Positions 14,939 through 29,697 of a stretch of 64,000 nt of DNA are shown piece after piece. Source of the DNA: Octopus sinensis (taxonomy: Eukaryota); assembly GCF_006345805.1 (NCBI RefSeq), contig NC_042998.1, positions 149,916,001-149,980,000 of the forward strand, given 5' to 3'. The notes beneath the pieces are model-generated. The model worked only from the letters and a program-made list of their open reading frames with translations, ran no database searches and was not told the DNA's origin. Numbering within the stretch: position 1 is the stretch's first letter; every line of letters begins with the position of its first letter. A program made the position numbers and the translations under genes.

Positions 14939-15231
14939 ATACTATAATCATAAATGATTATATATTGAATTTTGAGATACTAGAAGGCACCAACTCAACT
15001 CAGTATCAGAGCGAGCTAGAATCCGCAACTAGTATCCCCAAATTCAATGTGTGAATGAAAAGATTGTGTCACCAGCCCCTTCCCACCCGCGTGTAGCCAA
15101 AACAAGCTGCTGTGGTCATCTACTGAGATAAAATATGGTTATCCGTAATAATGAAGGGTGAAATTAATTAATTTGGAATAATTATCAATTACACATTCAC
15201 CCTTCATTATATACATAGATATATATACATA

Positions 15232-15286
<55 letters not shown>

Positions 15287-15288
<2 letters not shown>

Positions 15289-15699
15289 CGCAGGAGTGGC
15301 TGTGTGGTAAGTAGCTTGCTAACCAACCACATGGTTCTGGGTTCAATCCCACTGCGTGGCATCTTGGGCAAGTGTCTTCTGCTATAGCCCCGGGCCGACT
15401 AATGCCTGTGGATTTGGTAGACGGAAACTGAAAGAAGCCTGTCGTATATATGTATATATATATGTATATATATTGTGTGTGTGTGTTTGTGTGTCTGTGT
15501 TTGTCCCCCTGTGGTTGTCCCCACCAACCGATGCTGGTGTGTGTTTACGTCCCCGTCACTTAGCGGCTCGGCAAAAGAGACCGATAGAATAAGTACTGGG
15601 CTTACAAAGAATAAGTCCCGGGGTCGATTTGCTCGACTAAAGGCGGTGCTCCAGCATGGCCACAGTCAAATGACTGAAACAAGTAAAAGAGGAAAAGAG

Positions 15700-15700
<1 letters not shown>
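15287..15700 (+). mobile_element. Full-length bipartite SINE family 2 (tRNA-like head + internal (TA)(TG) microsatellite + 3' module)
   Basis: ggcgcaggagTGGCTGTGTGGtaag (A box), GGGTTCAATCCC (B box), ttgggcaagtgtcttct; tail cagcatggccacagtcaaatgactgaaacaagtaaaagag. More than 10 related copies in the window. Confidence 0.9.
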
Positions 15701-15753
<53 letters not shown>

Positions 15754-15754
15754 C

Positions 15755-15833
<79 letters not shown>

Positions 15834-16675
15834 ATTCGGTGTACTCAATTAAAACGATATTAGATCTAAGTAGCCATCTATGTGTCATACTTAACTTATA
15901 CACACCGTTCAAATGAATGATACTCTAAATTTTGTTTGATACGAAATTACTTCATTGTAATTCTGCGTTAAAGTACAGTATGTCGCAGGGAGAATATCGT
16001 CCCAATATTGACTCATGAGAACAATAGACAGGCTTCGACCCTTTTTGACCTTGTCAATGATGTTCTCTCACGACTCACATGCCTAAACGAAATGCGTCGT
16101 TCCGTGGTATAGACAATTGTAAATAATATATTCACTGATATGGCGGAAAGCCTGTTACCCTGAATAAAATCTTCGAATACGCAATGAAAACGGTAACTCA
16201 CTTTTTAAATGTGTGAGTTCGAGCACCGATCCACACTCAGTATCTGTTATTTTTTACGTGCAGTTCCTTTCAGTTTATATCTAAGAGTCATGAAATAATA
16301 AATAAGCAAATAAATAAATAGATAAATAGATAATTGTACGAGCGGACAAGAAAATAAACATCGTCCCTAGGCATCCCTTAATCCAAGAGCTGCAGAAAAT
16401 AGATGTCTTTGGTGAGTACTGAGATACTTAGAGCGATTCTGTCCAGAGGGAAAATATAAGAAGACTAAAATAAGCTGTAGAATTTCAGAAACGAACTTTT
16501 CACTCCCACATACAAACACATAGAGACACAGTAGGATGCACATATGCATATATTTGTAAATGTACATGTATATATGTATATGCATATATGTATATGCATG
16601 TGTATATGTTTCTGTGTGTGTCATGTAATATATATACCGTCACACGTAAACATACAGTCATGGATTTATTCAAGC

Positions 16676-16708
<33 letters not shown>

Positions 16709-16778
16709 AACATAAAGGCACACATATATAAACCCATACATTCATGCATACATACACGCATGCACCATCATATGTATG

Positions 16779-16824
<46 letters not shown>

Positions 16825-17550
16825 CATAGATACATAAACACGTACATACTTACATACATTCACGTATACCTAGACATGTATACAAGCATACGTTCATTTA
16901 CAAAAAAACATGTTATTCCATTTACGTGTTATGACAATATAGCCAATAGCTAAGATTATTAAAACAACACAGTTATAGAATGAAGAATATGTGCATGCGA
17001 TAGTGTAGGGTTATGTGTGTGTGTGTGTGTGTTTGTGCATATGCGTGTGTGTGTATGTGTGTGTGTTTGTGTCTGTGTTCTGTCTCCCCTTCTACGAAAA
17101 TAAAGAAGGATATATGCTGTGCTGATGATGTCTATTGGGGAGAAACGCGTGTAAACAACTCCTTTCTTTTCACATAATTATACTATTCTTTCCTTAACAG
17201 CATCTCAGTTGTTGAGATTATATTTTTTTCAGATAATATTCCCTTCCCGTTTCACTTTGTCACAAAATGCTACCAAAACGATTGTTTCTATGTTCTTTGG
17301 TAGCAGGAACATTTACAATAAATCAAAACGCTATTTTGTATTTCATCTAATATAGCCTTCTGATCTTTGTTCTTCAAATACACGCAATAGTTACTTTGAG
17401 TTATCTCCCATGTATGTATGTATGTATGTATGTATTTATGTATGTATGTATGTATGTATGTATGTATGTATGTGTGTATGTATGTGTGTATGCATGTATG
17501 TATGTATTCATATATGTATATATATATATATATATATTTATATATAAATG

Positions 17551-17584
<34 letters not shown>

Positions 17585-18828
17585 TGTGTGTGTGTGATAT
17601 ACACACACAGATACGTGTGTGTGTGTGTGTGCGCGCGCGCGCAAATAATACCATAAATGGGTTGAGGCTCATTACAACTGTTTCAGACGCATTTTGTATT
17701 GATAAGCAAATCAATTACATCAATAAAAAGCCAGTCTGAAACAGCTGTAGGGAATTTAAGCCCATTTATTTCTTTATTTATACTACACACACTCGAAACC
17801 CTCTCTACGTTGGATGTGGAGTTTACAGTGAAACGAGGAGTACATGTCGGTGTATGCATGTACGTGATTTTACCGACATGAGTACTTATATATTGATGAG
17901 TATATGTATCTGTGTATTTGCATGTATGTGTAAAAGGTAGGACAAGTCTAGATATACATTACTATGTACGTAAATGTCTACATATACTGTTGATACATGG
18001 ATACGCTGCTCTCGGCCGGTTGATGTCCTTATTAAAATACCTCGATTCTATTGGATCCTGTCAATATAGGTGTGTGTGTGTGTTGTGTGTATGCATGTAT
18101 GTATGTATGCGTGAATATATACATATATAAATTATAATTTTTCTAATTCTATGAGGTGCGGTAAAAGCAGTAAAATCCATGGTACCGGACTGGTCCTTAC
18201 ATTTTTACGTCCCTACGTAGGAAAGTATAAACAGCAGCGTAAATATTGTTGCAACCTGTGCACAAAAATGATGTAAAATATTCATAATAGAGCATAATTA
18301 GTTACAGAGTATTTCCGTTGTCAGTCATTCAAATGGAATTGTGTGGACAGGTGTTGTGGCCTTTATCAAGCTACATATATCGCTCGTACTTATTCACCCA
18401 AGGGTGGTTGAAATAGAACTTGAAACCCTAGGGGTTTGAATGCAACGATAAACAAGGGAGATAACTAGAAACTATGACATTTAGATAACCGCTCTATGCA
18501 ATTTGCCATCGGCCGACATTGCTAAATAAAATAATGAAGACAATATACAGAGATAATGTTACTTGTATATGTTGTGTATTTGGCAAAGTTCCGTTTTCAT
18601 TCTGCGTCTTATAAATACAATATAGATACATGAAATATATATATTATTTTACTAATATATGTATATATATGTAATGTATGTATGTATGTATGTATGTATG
18701 TATGTATGTATGTATGTATGTATGTACGTATGTATGTGTGTGTATGTATGTATGTTTTTACATGTCAATGCGCATTTTATGTGTACATACACATACACAC
18801 ACACATATGTATCTATATTGTATTTATA

Positions 18829-18978
18829 AGGCGCAAGAGTGGAGTGACTGTGTGGTAAGTAGCTTGCTTATCAGCCACATGGTTCCGGGTTCAGTCTCAC
18901 TGCGTAGCACCTTGGACAAGTGTCTTCTACTATAGCCTCGGGCCGACCAAAGCCTTATGAATGGATTTGCTAGACGGA
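18829..18978 (+). mobile_element. 5' module of SINE family 2
   Basis: ggcgcaagagtggagtgactgtgtggtaagtagcttgct...ggttcagtc..gtgtcttctactatagcctcgggccgaccaaagcc. Confidence 0.8.
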
Positions 18979-20671
18979 TTCCATTCAGTCTAGATGCACC
19001 CACTTATATAACCAGGAGCTTAGTCCAAATTGTGTTTCCACAAAGCTCATGGGTATCACAAACACTCAGCTACTCAATCTTAGATAATATCGCTTCGACA
19101 TTTTCACGCTTCAACATAAGCAATCATGTACCCACATAGTCTTCATTGGGAGAATCCTACTACTCGAAGGCTGTGGCCTAAATAGATCGCCTCACACCAT
19201 TCAATGGTAACAAGAGACACCCAACACATGTACTGTTTCAGGCGCAGTGACAAAAGGCGATTCACCTCCCTGTACCATTATTAAAAAATACTTTCCTATT
19301 CCAACATCATATGGAATAGCTTATGAATGCCATTCATACTCACCTATAGCTAGTAATTGCCAACACTATCTCAGTGATAAACGAGTGTATCTATCAATAA
19401 AAAAATCGAACTACACTATTGTTGTCCCCAAAGTTGCGTCCATCAGTAAACATTAAGACATTAGTCACTGATAACATGGATATACCTCCCTAGGCGTGGT
19501 TGGTCCGTACACAACTGTAGCGAATATAAACCTGCTGGCTGTGAAATTATTTCTTAATCAACATATATAACTATGGTCTACCCCAGGTTTGTGATGTAGT
19601 CTCTAATAAGCCAGCTGACTCCACTAAACATGTAAATTTACCATGTATTATCAGTTGTCGCTGTAATGCTGCACATTACACAATGCTAACTAAATGACAC
19701 CAAAATGATGTCGTCTACAACTTAGTGCATGTAATGAAATAGATATTGTCACTAATTAGCTAGGGAACCACCTTAACCTGAACTGACCAATGGAGACCTA
19801 TATATTCCTACCTTAAATTCTCTTCACACATGATGATTTAGATGTCTTTTCTGTGCACGAAACCTTCAGTTATACGATGTCGAGTCAACTTCTGTTATAT
19901 GTGTGTTATTGAGCGAATGCATATATGTATGTAAACTACTATTTAGTTTTATTTCAAGATCCCTTGCTAATAGGCAAAGAGCTAGTTTCTAACCTAGCCC
20001 CAAGACTTCACTGTAATTTCATCAACATCAACAGTGTATTTTAGTATGTAGGAATGTATGTGTGCAGTATTTGGAGATCCTCTTAAGCTGTTTTCATTCT
20101 GTTCTTCAGTTGTGTTGTCCAGCCATGTTGTTTGTAGTGACTCCCTATATGGGAAAGTCAAGTTTCATTCGAAAATCCTTACTATCTTGAATCAAAGGCT
20201 CCCTCAGTTAATTCATCATTAACGAGTTATCTAACAGGACTGATAGTTGTGGATTCAAAGTTGGAGATAGTATTCATTGTATCTCGATAGTCTCCCACGC
20301 CAAATAAGCGACTTGTCGCTTCGAGTATGTGTGTGTGTGAGATAGAGAGTGTGCGCGTGCGTGTATGTACGTGTGTTACTTTTAGCGACAATACAAAGAG
20401 GAACAAGACTTTTTGAATTAAGATAGTTTTCGGTGTTTGTAAATATGTGGTTGAGTTGGTATGCTTGTCGATGCATACACCCAAGTGTGTGTGTATCTCT
20501 TCACTTAAAAGATTTGAGAGGGAGAATCTTTGGAATGTCTTACAAAACTTCACTGTGCCACTAACAGAGTGAATTCGGAGAATCCGCGTCAGTTGATTTT
20601 GCTGTTTTTCCGTGAAACCGAATACGTTATGTATATATTCCTGTTCATGTATATATATATAAAGTGTGGAA

Positions 20672-20963
20672 GTGCAATGGCCCAGTGGTTAGGGCAGCAG
20701 GATCGTAGTTTCGATTCCCAGACCGGCTATTGTGAGTGTTTATTGAGCGAAAACACTTAAAGCTCCACGAGGCTCCGGCAGGGGAGGTGGCGATCCTTGC
20801 TGTACTCTTTCGCCACAACTTTCTCTCACTCTTTCTTCTGTTGGCCTGCTCACTTAGCCAGCAGGGTGGCGTCATTTGAAGGCTAAAACAATGCGAAGCG
20901 CATTGTAACCAGCGATGTGTTGCAACATCTGATAGCGTGGTCGGTCACGGTGATCACGGTGAT
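20672..20963 (+). mobile_element. tRNA-derived SINE (family 1, tail type b)
   Basis: gcaatggcccagtggttagggcagc..gtttcgattccc head shared with 220-600. Different tail ending (cacggtgat)2. Confidence 0.85.
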
Positions 20964-21219
20964 AAATATGAAGTAGCTGAAGTCCCAGCGTTGCACGACT
21001 ACTGAATATGTAGAAACACTTTATGTAGTACTTTTTGCATGTACTTATATTTGAATATATGATCATTATAAAGCAACGTGTCTAAATTTATATTCTTCCT
21101 GGCTTCTGAGATGTGTGGAACTTTCGAGACTCCCTTTAATTGATGATTATTTTCTTGTAATTCTAAATCGAAATGGAACGCATGAAACAGAAACACTACT
21201 TCCGGTACCATTATATAAC

Positions 21220-21780
<561 letters not shown>

Positions 21781-22172
21781 ATACGCTGTCAGTCCAGTTG
21801 GGACTTAGAGAGATTATCTACGGCTACTTAAGGATTAAACAGGATTTACTGAGAGATAGACTCCGCTGTTAGATTCAGGCAACACTTTGCGATCACACAT
21901 AACTCCTCCACCAACGCCACTCCATACTTTCTTCTCTTATTTACTCAATCTCACTCTTTCTTTTCTTCTCTTCTTTCTTCTTTTTCTTTTGCTATTTTCG
22001 TTCTTGTATTCTTCCTTGTTTCCTACATTGCCTTAACTCTTCTGTCTTCCCCAAATTTTCTTGTTATTCACATACAGGCACACACACACATACGCACCCA
22101 CGCATGCACATACACACACACACACACAGACACACACACACACACACACAGAGAGAAACATATTCACACACA

Positions 22173-22213
<41 letters not shown>

Positions 22214-22365
22214 AATCACAAATTTCTTTCTCTTCTTGCTATTCTCACTCAGTTGCTTGATTCTTTTTATCCCTCCTTCCTTTATTCTTTCTTTCATTTT
22301 TGCTGCCTTCAGTTTCTCCTCATCCCTCCCACTCACATTCAATTTCTATATTACAATATTACAAT

Positions 22366-22954
22366 ACTGGTTTTAAATTTTAGCAAAAAGTCAGCATTTT
22401 CGGGGAAGGGGGTATATTGATTACATCGACCCCAGTGTTCAACGGGTATTTATTTTATTGTCCTGGAAATGACGAAAGATGAAGTCGAATCGGGCGGAAT
22501 TTGAACTCAGATCGTAAAGTCGGAAGAAATGCCGCTAAGCAAGTTTTTTTTCCACCTGGCACGGTAACGATTCTGCCAAATCGCCACCTAAATCTTTTCT
22601 ACTCTAGGCACAAGGTCTCGAAATAATCGAGGGGCCAGTCGATTATATTGACCCTAGTACGCAACTGGTACTTAATTTATCGACCCCGAAAGGATGAAAG
22701 GCAAAGTCAGCCTCGACAGCATTTGAACTCAGAACGTAAAAACAGACGAAATAACACTAAGCATTTCACCCGGCGTGCTAACGTTTCTTATTTCTTTATT
22801 GCCCACAGGGGGCTAAACATAGAGGGGACAAACAAGGACGCACAAATGTATTATGTTGATTACATCGACCTCAGTGCGTAACTAGTACTCAATTTATCGA
22901 CCCCGAAAGGATGAAAAGTAAAGTCGACCTCGGCGGAATTTGAACTCAGAACGT
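22366..22954 (-). mobile_element. Array of about 3 SINE family 3 copies
   Basis: Same repeated unit as 4873-5664. Confidence 0.85.
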
Positions 22955-22957
22955 ATG

Positions 22958-23084
22958 CGATTCGGCATAAGAGACCGATAACATAAGTACTACGCTTACA
23001 AAGAATAAGTTCTGGGGTCGATACTAAAGGCGGTGACCGCAGGCAAATGACTGAAACAAGTAAAAGAATAAAAGAGTAAAAGAA
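22958..23084 (+). mobile_element. 3' module of SINE family 2, abutting the family 3 array
   Basis: cgattcggcataagagaccgata..aagtact..ggggtcgat..aaatgactgaaacaagtaaaaga. Confidence 0.75.
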
Positions 23085-23119
23085 TGTGTTACAACATATA
23101 TTAATATATTGCTATATAC

Positions 23120-24062
23120 TTAGATACTTAGATTCTTAGATAAGATTTGACCATGACACCACCTGCAAAAGACTTTTAATGCTGCTTTATATTAAAGTCA
23201 TCTTTTGGGTATCATCATCCATTCGAGCAAAGAGTTACTGTTTGCAGAGATATATCTGGGTATAAGTGGTTTGTCTGGAATTTGTTGGAGATATTCAACC
23301 AGGAACCGTTTGAATGTTATATGATTCCTTTTTTCTCTTATGTGTCTTGGCATTATGTTACAGAGAGAGGAGCCAGTTGAAGTGAAATAGTTCTGTCTTG
23401 GTGCTGTGATGTGACACGAGTATGAATTTTGTGGAGTACGAATGGCACGGAGACCAAGCCTTTGGGTGAATTTTAATGTTGGGCAATGCTGCTGGAATAT
23501 TTTCCACATCATATAGCGCTCACGGTGGCATTGGAGGGAAGAAAGTTTGAGCTTTTCGAGCTGTTCCCAATAATCAAGATCTATGATGTCATCAAATTCT
23601 TTGCAATTGATCTCTAGGGTACTTTTGTTTTTATATTCTGTTTAGTGTAGGAAGACAACAGCGGATATCCGTATTCAAAGTGAGGACAGCCGAAGGTGAA
23701 GTAAAGGATAATGATAGGGGTGTCTCTACACCAGAAAGTTCTGAGGATCCAAGAGCACGCTTTGCGGTCCGTGTTGACTTTGCTGCTTATATAATCACGC
23801 CAGCTTAAAGTTGTTGTCGACAGTTATTCCGAGTTCCCTATAGGTGTTTGATGCCACGAAGTTTTCGTGCGGAGGAAGAGAGTATGGTTGCTTAAGTGCA
23901 GCTTCTTTGCTGAAGTGAATTTATTCTCATTTAACAGCATATTTTGTTTCCTGTCCATTGGATAACAACGAACAGACCCGAGTGAATATTTGTCCGGTTT
24001 CCTATCCTGTCGACCGTCAAAAGCGTAGAGTCATCCATGAAAATTCTTATGCTGTTTACTAT
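23120..24062 (-). pseudogene. Degenerate 5'-truncated CR1/L2-group LINE
   Basis: IRIFMDDS (RT FADD-like motif) near 24040. C-terminus FKRFLVEYLQQIPDKP..SNSLLEW. Tail (atctaag)-like, as at 55040. Confidence 0.85.
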
Positions 24063-25155
24063 ATTATAGTTTAACTATATCATGTATAGCAATATACCAA
24101 TATTACAATAATATTACATTACTATATCACTATACTGCAATATTTCTATATTACTAGGCTACTATATTAATACATAACTATTTTATAATAATACAATATT
24201 ACAATGTTACTATAATATTATATTACTATATTATCATATTGTACAATCATTGTGTTAGAAAATTGCAAAATAATTTATTACAAAATTAAATATTCAAGCT
24301 TCTGTCTTCATTCAGGGTACGACTGAAAGTGTTCTCACGAAAATAGTTCCCAAGAGAAACATATTCAAACCGGTGTAAATTGGTCCAAACTATTTCAAAC
24401 CGGCTAAAATCAGAGAAAATTCGATCAAATGGCGTGTAAATTCGTGTCAGCTGGTGAAGCAGTTCAAACATGTTCAAACTAAATCAATCTGATTCGACTA
24501 AAATATTTCAGGATGTATAAAAACAAATTTAGGCAGGAGTGAAATCTCATAAATTGCGGTGAAATATGCAAACTCCAAAAAATCTCAAGAGATAAAGGAA
24601 ACATGAGAAATTGCTCGAAATGGTTTTCGACCCGCTCAAACTAGTTCAAAACAGTTCTCTACGTTCTCACTTGTTCTAGATAGTTTATATCAGAATCAGC
24701 TTTCTCAAATCAAGAAAATAGTGGGGATAAATTAAAGTTGTATTTGTTCAGGATGTCTCAAAAAATCGATCTAGTTCGTAAAAATCCAAGTGGTTTATAA
24801 AGGAAGAAAGTAAAGCAAATATATATACACTAAATTTTAAAAAATCCGGATAAAGTATTCTTAGAACACCCTAAAATAATTTAGCTCATACTTCATACTG
24901 TATATTCAAACTGAAAATCAAAGTTTCTTCATATTTACAACTCTTACAAGTATCCGCTCATATCAAACCTCTCATGCTATCAATCGCCCATCAGAAATTC
25001 CAACATAATAGCACCAAGTTGTTACATTAAATCTATCACAAAAGTGAAACATTCAGTTGACCAACAAAGCAAGCACATGAAGCGGGCGCTCTGCATGATT
25101 GCGCATCCGGTTAAAAAAAAAGGTAAATATGCGGCTAATTGCACTCTCACTACTT

Positions 25156-25239
<84 letters not shown>

Positions 25240-27222
25240 TGTAATTGCGCGCATTCGGTAAAGTATTTTTACATACACTACCTGAAAAATACACCATATT
25301 TTCATGAGTTGCAAATTTATAACAGTAGGCCTGCTCGACCAGGACCAGCTTGAGCTAAATGGGAGCAATAACAACAACCACCACGACAAAAACAGTAATA
25401 AATCAGTAAAGCAAAACTAAAGCAGGGCTATCATAATAATGTTTTTCAGGAATGTAACACGATATCAAGATTTCTGTCGATCCAACAGCGATCGATCCTC
25501 TAGAAACACGTATGTAATTAATGGATGTTGTTGTAGATATATTATGTTGGGAAACAAATGGAAAGGGCACGGCTGGAATCAAACGTATTATAACCTGATC
25601 TGAGATGAAACAAATTAAACTATAGCTACAACTTTCTGAAAAGGAATAAACTCCGTAGAAACGTAAAATAAAAAAAACAACAGAATTATTTCCCTCTGAT
25701 GAGAACCCTTCACAGAAAACCGACAAATCGCATGCGCTCGTGCACGCGCGTGCACACACACACACACACACACACCACACACACTGATAAAAAGAGCGAT
25801 AGAAGGAGAGACAATTGCGCAAATATGGTAGATATATACAATAGCAAATTTTAGCATAAAGCAGAGGGCAAACTGCCTATCGACCATTCCTAAATCTCCC
25901 TCAAACCATATTTTATCAGTTTAGAAAATGAAATATTACACTTGATAATATAGCCCCAGATAATTGTAGTTACACAATATAGTGTGTTATAATACTTGTG
26001 TCTAGTTCACGACAATAATACTCCAGGAAATGCAGCTCAGAAAACACACTCCTCCAAATATGCGATTCTGTGATTCAAAATGCGAACGAAACCCCAAAAC
26101 ACTAAACAAATTAGCTCATGACCCAAAGAGGAGTCTCTATGTGGCCATTCAGCATACTAAAAACAGCAGCAAAATCTTAACTTTCACGTTGCCTTCTTAA
26201 TTAAAACTTATTCAATAGTATTATCTTAGAGACACTATGTCTGAAAAAAGGTGAGATGGACGTATTTGAAATATCTTCGATTACAAGATTTTATTCAGGA
26301 TCGATTTGTGCCAGCCACATGATATATTCCATACACATCGTTCAATGACCAATCAATAACTTTCAAAAGATAAACCACTCACATCTTTGGTACGTCATAA
26401 AGTTTTAACATACGATTTTGCTTTGACTCCAAGCTGTCCTTAGCTTAATGAGGACTGGCTTCGTCAGTTGTCTTACCTCAAATACATATACACATTTTTA
26501 TCCAAATACCAAATTTCCTCTTTTCGTTCTCGTGCTCTTGTCTGCTTATATACTCAACTAGCCAGAAGTGTTTGTCCCATGCCCCTCTCTCTCTCACTCT
26601 CTCTCACTCCTCTCCCCCATCTCTCTCTCATTGTACTTATGTCTATGCGTATGTGTTTGCGCTTGCTTGCAAGCACAAATGTCTGTATTTACGTTCCGTG
26701 TACACAGTGGGAAAAATGAACACAATTCGAAACGATAACGTTCCTAAGTCTACGAAAGTTTTCACATTTTTATTGCTTTAAACCTGGATAAAATGAATAT
26801 TAATGATGTTTATCATAGCTATACATTTTTTAACAATTAGCAGCAAGATTCAAGGTTACTGTTGTTATCATCAACGTTAAATTTAAATTAATTTAAGAAA
26901 TCAACAATTTTTTGAAGTAATTATTTTATGTATGTGTGTTAAGTTTTGCTTATATTTTGATATTAATAAGGCTTCGTAACTAATTCACAATAGTTTCCGG
27001 TAGTTTATATACTATATTTGTGATATCAGCTAATGTCTTCACTCTAGACTACTATTTTGCTCAAGTGGAAACGTTGCCAACTTTATCGATTCCTCACCAG
27101 TCGACCATGCATTTTAAACAAACCATATCAGTATTTTACAATACAGAACACGAAACAAAATGTAGACCGAAAAATATTAAATTAGGAACACACCCATTTT
27201 ATAAGGAATTCTATGAAAAATA

Positions 27223-27739
27223 TCCATTATATAAAATCCGTTTTGTCTGTCTGTGTGTGTGTCTTCTAGGATCTCAGGCATCCTCCATCCGATTACGCTC
27301 AAATTTGACATGTAGATACCGACGTGTAAGTCTTGAAAATTTACAAAAATCGATTCCAGGTGAGAATGTGATCGATAAAGCCGTGGGAAAGTGCATTTGT
27401 ACGCGCAAGTACATCAGCTGTTGCGATCAATACTACACGTACGCGAGAAAAATGCAAGTTCAGTTTGTGCAAAATAAGCCGGCTGGCTTGAAATAATGCC
27501 ACAAAATGCAGTATATTTAAGAGACCAGAAAAGTAAGATGCAAAAGAGATATTTTCTTCAAACTTGGCATGAAGGAAAGAAAGACCATTTGGTTTCTCAA
27601 GAAGTTGTTTAACAAGACCAAAAATTTTATTGAAATAAAAGCATGCTTAATTATATTTTAATGAAAAGAAAACACTGATTGCTTTTATTTCAGCAGATAT
27701 GATTCAGCACCGTCCACTGGACGCGGGGCGTTTTGCTCG
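27223..27739 (+). mobile_element. Non-autonomous Helitron-like element (family 2)
   Basis: A^TCcattatataaaatccg 5' end with gtct repeats. 3' hairpin cgtcca-c-tggacg then CTCG^T. Second copy at 30733-31280. Confidence 0.65.
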
Positions 27740-29256
27740 TATATATATATATCGGGTACATAACCACAACACTTTCCTGTTTGTTAATTATGCATTAAAA
27801 ACAAAGAAGTATAACCACTCTTTGTAATACAGTCGGTTGAATAAAATAAGCAAGAAACCATACGTTGTCAGTACAAGATTTTATTGAAAAGTCGACAAAA
27901 TATTGTAATAATTGTGGAATCTATATAAATGGTAAAATACCAACCGAAACTGGTGAATAAATTATAAAACCAGCGCTGGTGATTTTGTCAAGTCAAACGA
28001 TATTCTGATGAGCTTAAAGACCTACTGCAAAGCGCAGAAATAAAGTTCCATTGTTATCATAATTACATTCTCATATTGAGGCTAGGACGGTCTTGAAACA
28101 TTAAGGGTTCCAAACTAAATATAAGGAGAAATAACGAAATACGAATGTCCCTGAAATGAAAAAAAAAAAAAAGAACACTGAACAAACTCCAACACTGCCA
28201 TGTCTTTAATAGGACACGTTTGAAAGAAAAGCTGTTACTTATCCACTAAGACACACATACACGTACACACACATAAATACATATATTCGTAAACATACAA
28301 GCATACACATAACTACATGTACACACGTAAATGATCGAGACACATTATTATGATTTGTTACAGCACATTTCCTCGCCGCCGCTACTTTGTCAACTATTTT
28401 CTACTCTTCTCTCCCTCGCATCATTTGAAACAGAAAATCGTTAATTCGTTCACACGGTTAGACTCGCTAAATATGCAATGTTGTCACAAATTGAAGTTTT
28501 AATTAAGCAATTGCCTTCTCGTTTCATCACTGCAACATGTCACCGATTGCGAATCTTAGAAGCGTGAACACATTGGTGATATATATATATATATAATATA
28601 TATATATAATATATATATATATATAATATATATATACACATATATATATGTATGTATATATATATATCTATATATATATACACACACATATATATATATG
28701 TATATATATATATATACATATGCACAGACACACACCCAAGCATGCATGTATCCAGTATGTATATGCGCATGTGTGTATATATGTGTGTATACCTATATAC
28801 ATATACGTATATACATATGTATATGTGCCTGTGCATGTATGTAGTATGTATTTGTATATATGCATGTATGTTCGCACATACATCTATGTATAAATGGTTG
28901 GATGCATGCATCCAGCACGTTTGCATGCATGCGTATAGGCCTTATGCATATACGCATGCTGGTGTGCGTATGTGTGTACGTATGTTTGTATGTGTGTGCG
29001 TGTGTATGCGTGTGGGGGGGGGGAGTGCACATTGATCAACTTGTTAATGGTTGGGTGAAAGTCAATGACATACAACGTCTTCGTAAATTCAGATCTGAAT
29101 CAGACAGAAATCGTTAAGCAGATGGTACTTAGAACCATTGAGAAAATCTCGTTAGGAAGATATTTCCCAATTCACAACAGACCTTTCTACATTCACTTTT
29201 GTTCTTTCCCCCTTCTCCTCCGCCTCCTCCTCCTCCTCCTCCTCCTCCTTCTTCTT

Positions 29257-29287
<31 letters not shown>

Positions 29288-29657
29288 ACGTGTTGGGGCT
29301 GACTGAATCCGCAGTGAGTCAACTATGCTATGCTTTGTTGCCGTTTTGGTACAAGTTCAAATTCTGACAGAGCTAGCGTTTCCCTCTAATTCCATTGTTA
29401 TTAACATCTCTGCATGATAATAGCCGTTATAAATATTGGTTCATTGGTTGCTTGGTTGCTTGCTTGTTTGATTGATTGATTGCTTGCTTGCTTGGCCGGT
29501 TAGTTGGTTGATTGGTTGGTTACTTGCTTCTTGCTTGCTTGTTTGCTTGGCTGGTTGGTTGGTTGGTTGCTTGCTTGGCTGGTTCGTTCGTTCGTTAATT
29601 TCTCTAGTGACGCTCTAATTCCTATAGGAAGAAGGCAAGAGAAAGAGAGAGACAGGC

Positions 29658-29697
<40 letters not shown>

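Larger units (their letters stand above)
14064..15210 (-). mobile_element. HHR-containing tandem element (~1.9 x 587-588 bp) with short inverted terminus; retrozyme/Penelope pLTR-like
   Basis: Units start at 14064 and 14652 and are near-identical. 15195-15210 is the reverse complement of ~15148-15163. Flanked by tatatacatagata on both sides (likely TSD). One HHR per unit. Confidence 0.85.

Noticed and set aside
25696-25730. CTGATGA...GAAA possible hammerhead
   Set aside because: No convincing stem II, stem III or stem I.
27020-27496. 158-aa ORF
   Set aside because: It runs across the boundary of a Helitron-like repeat and has no recognisable domain.
28004-28045. CTGATGA-gctt..aagc possible hammerhead
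   Set aside because: Stem II is followed by GCAG rather than GAAA, and there is no stem I/III pairing.
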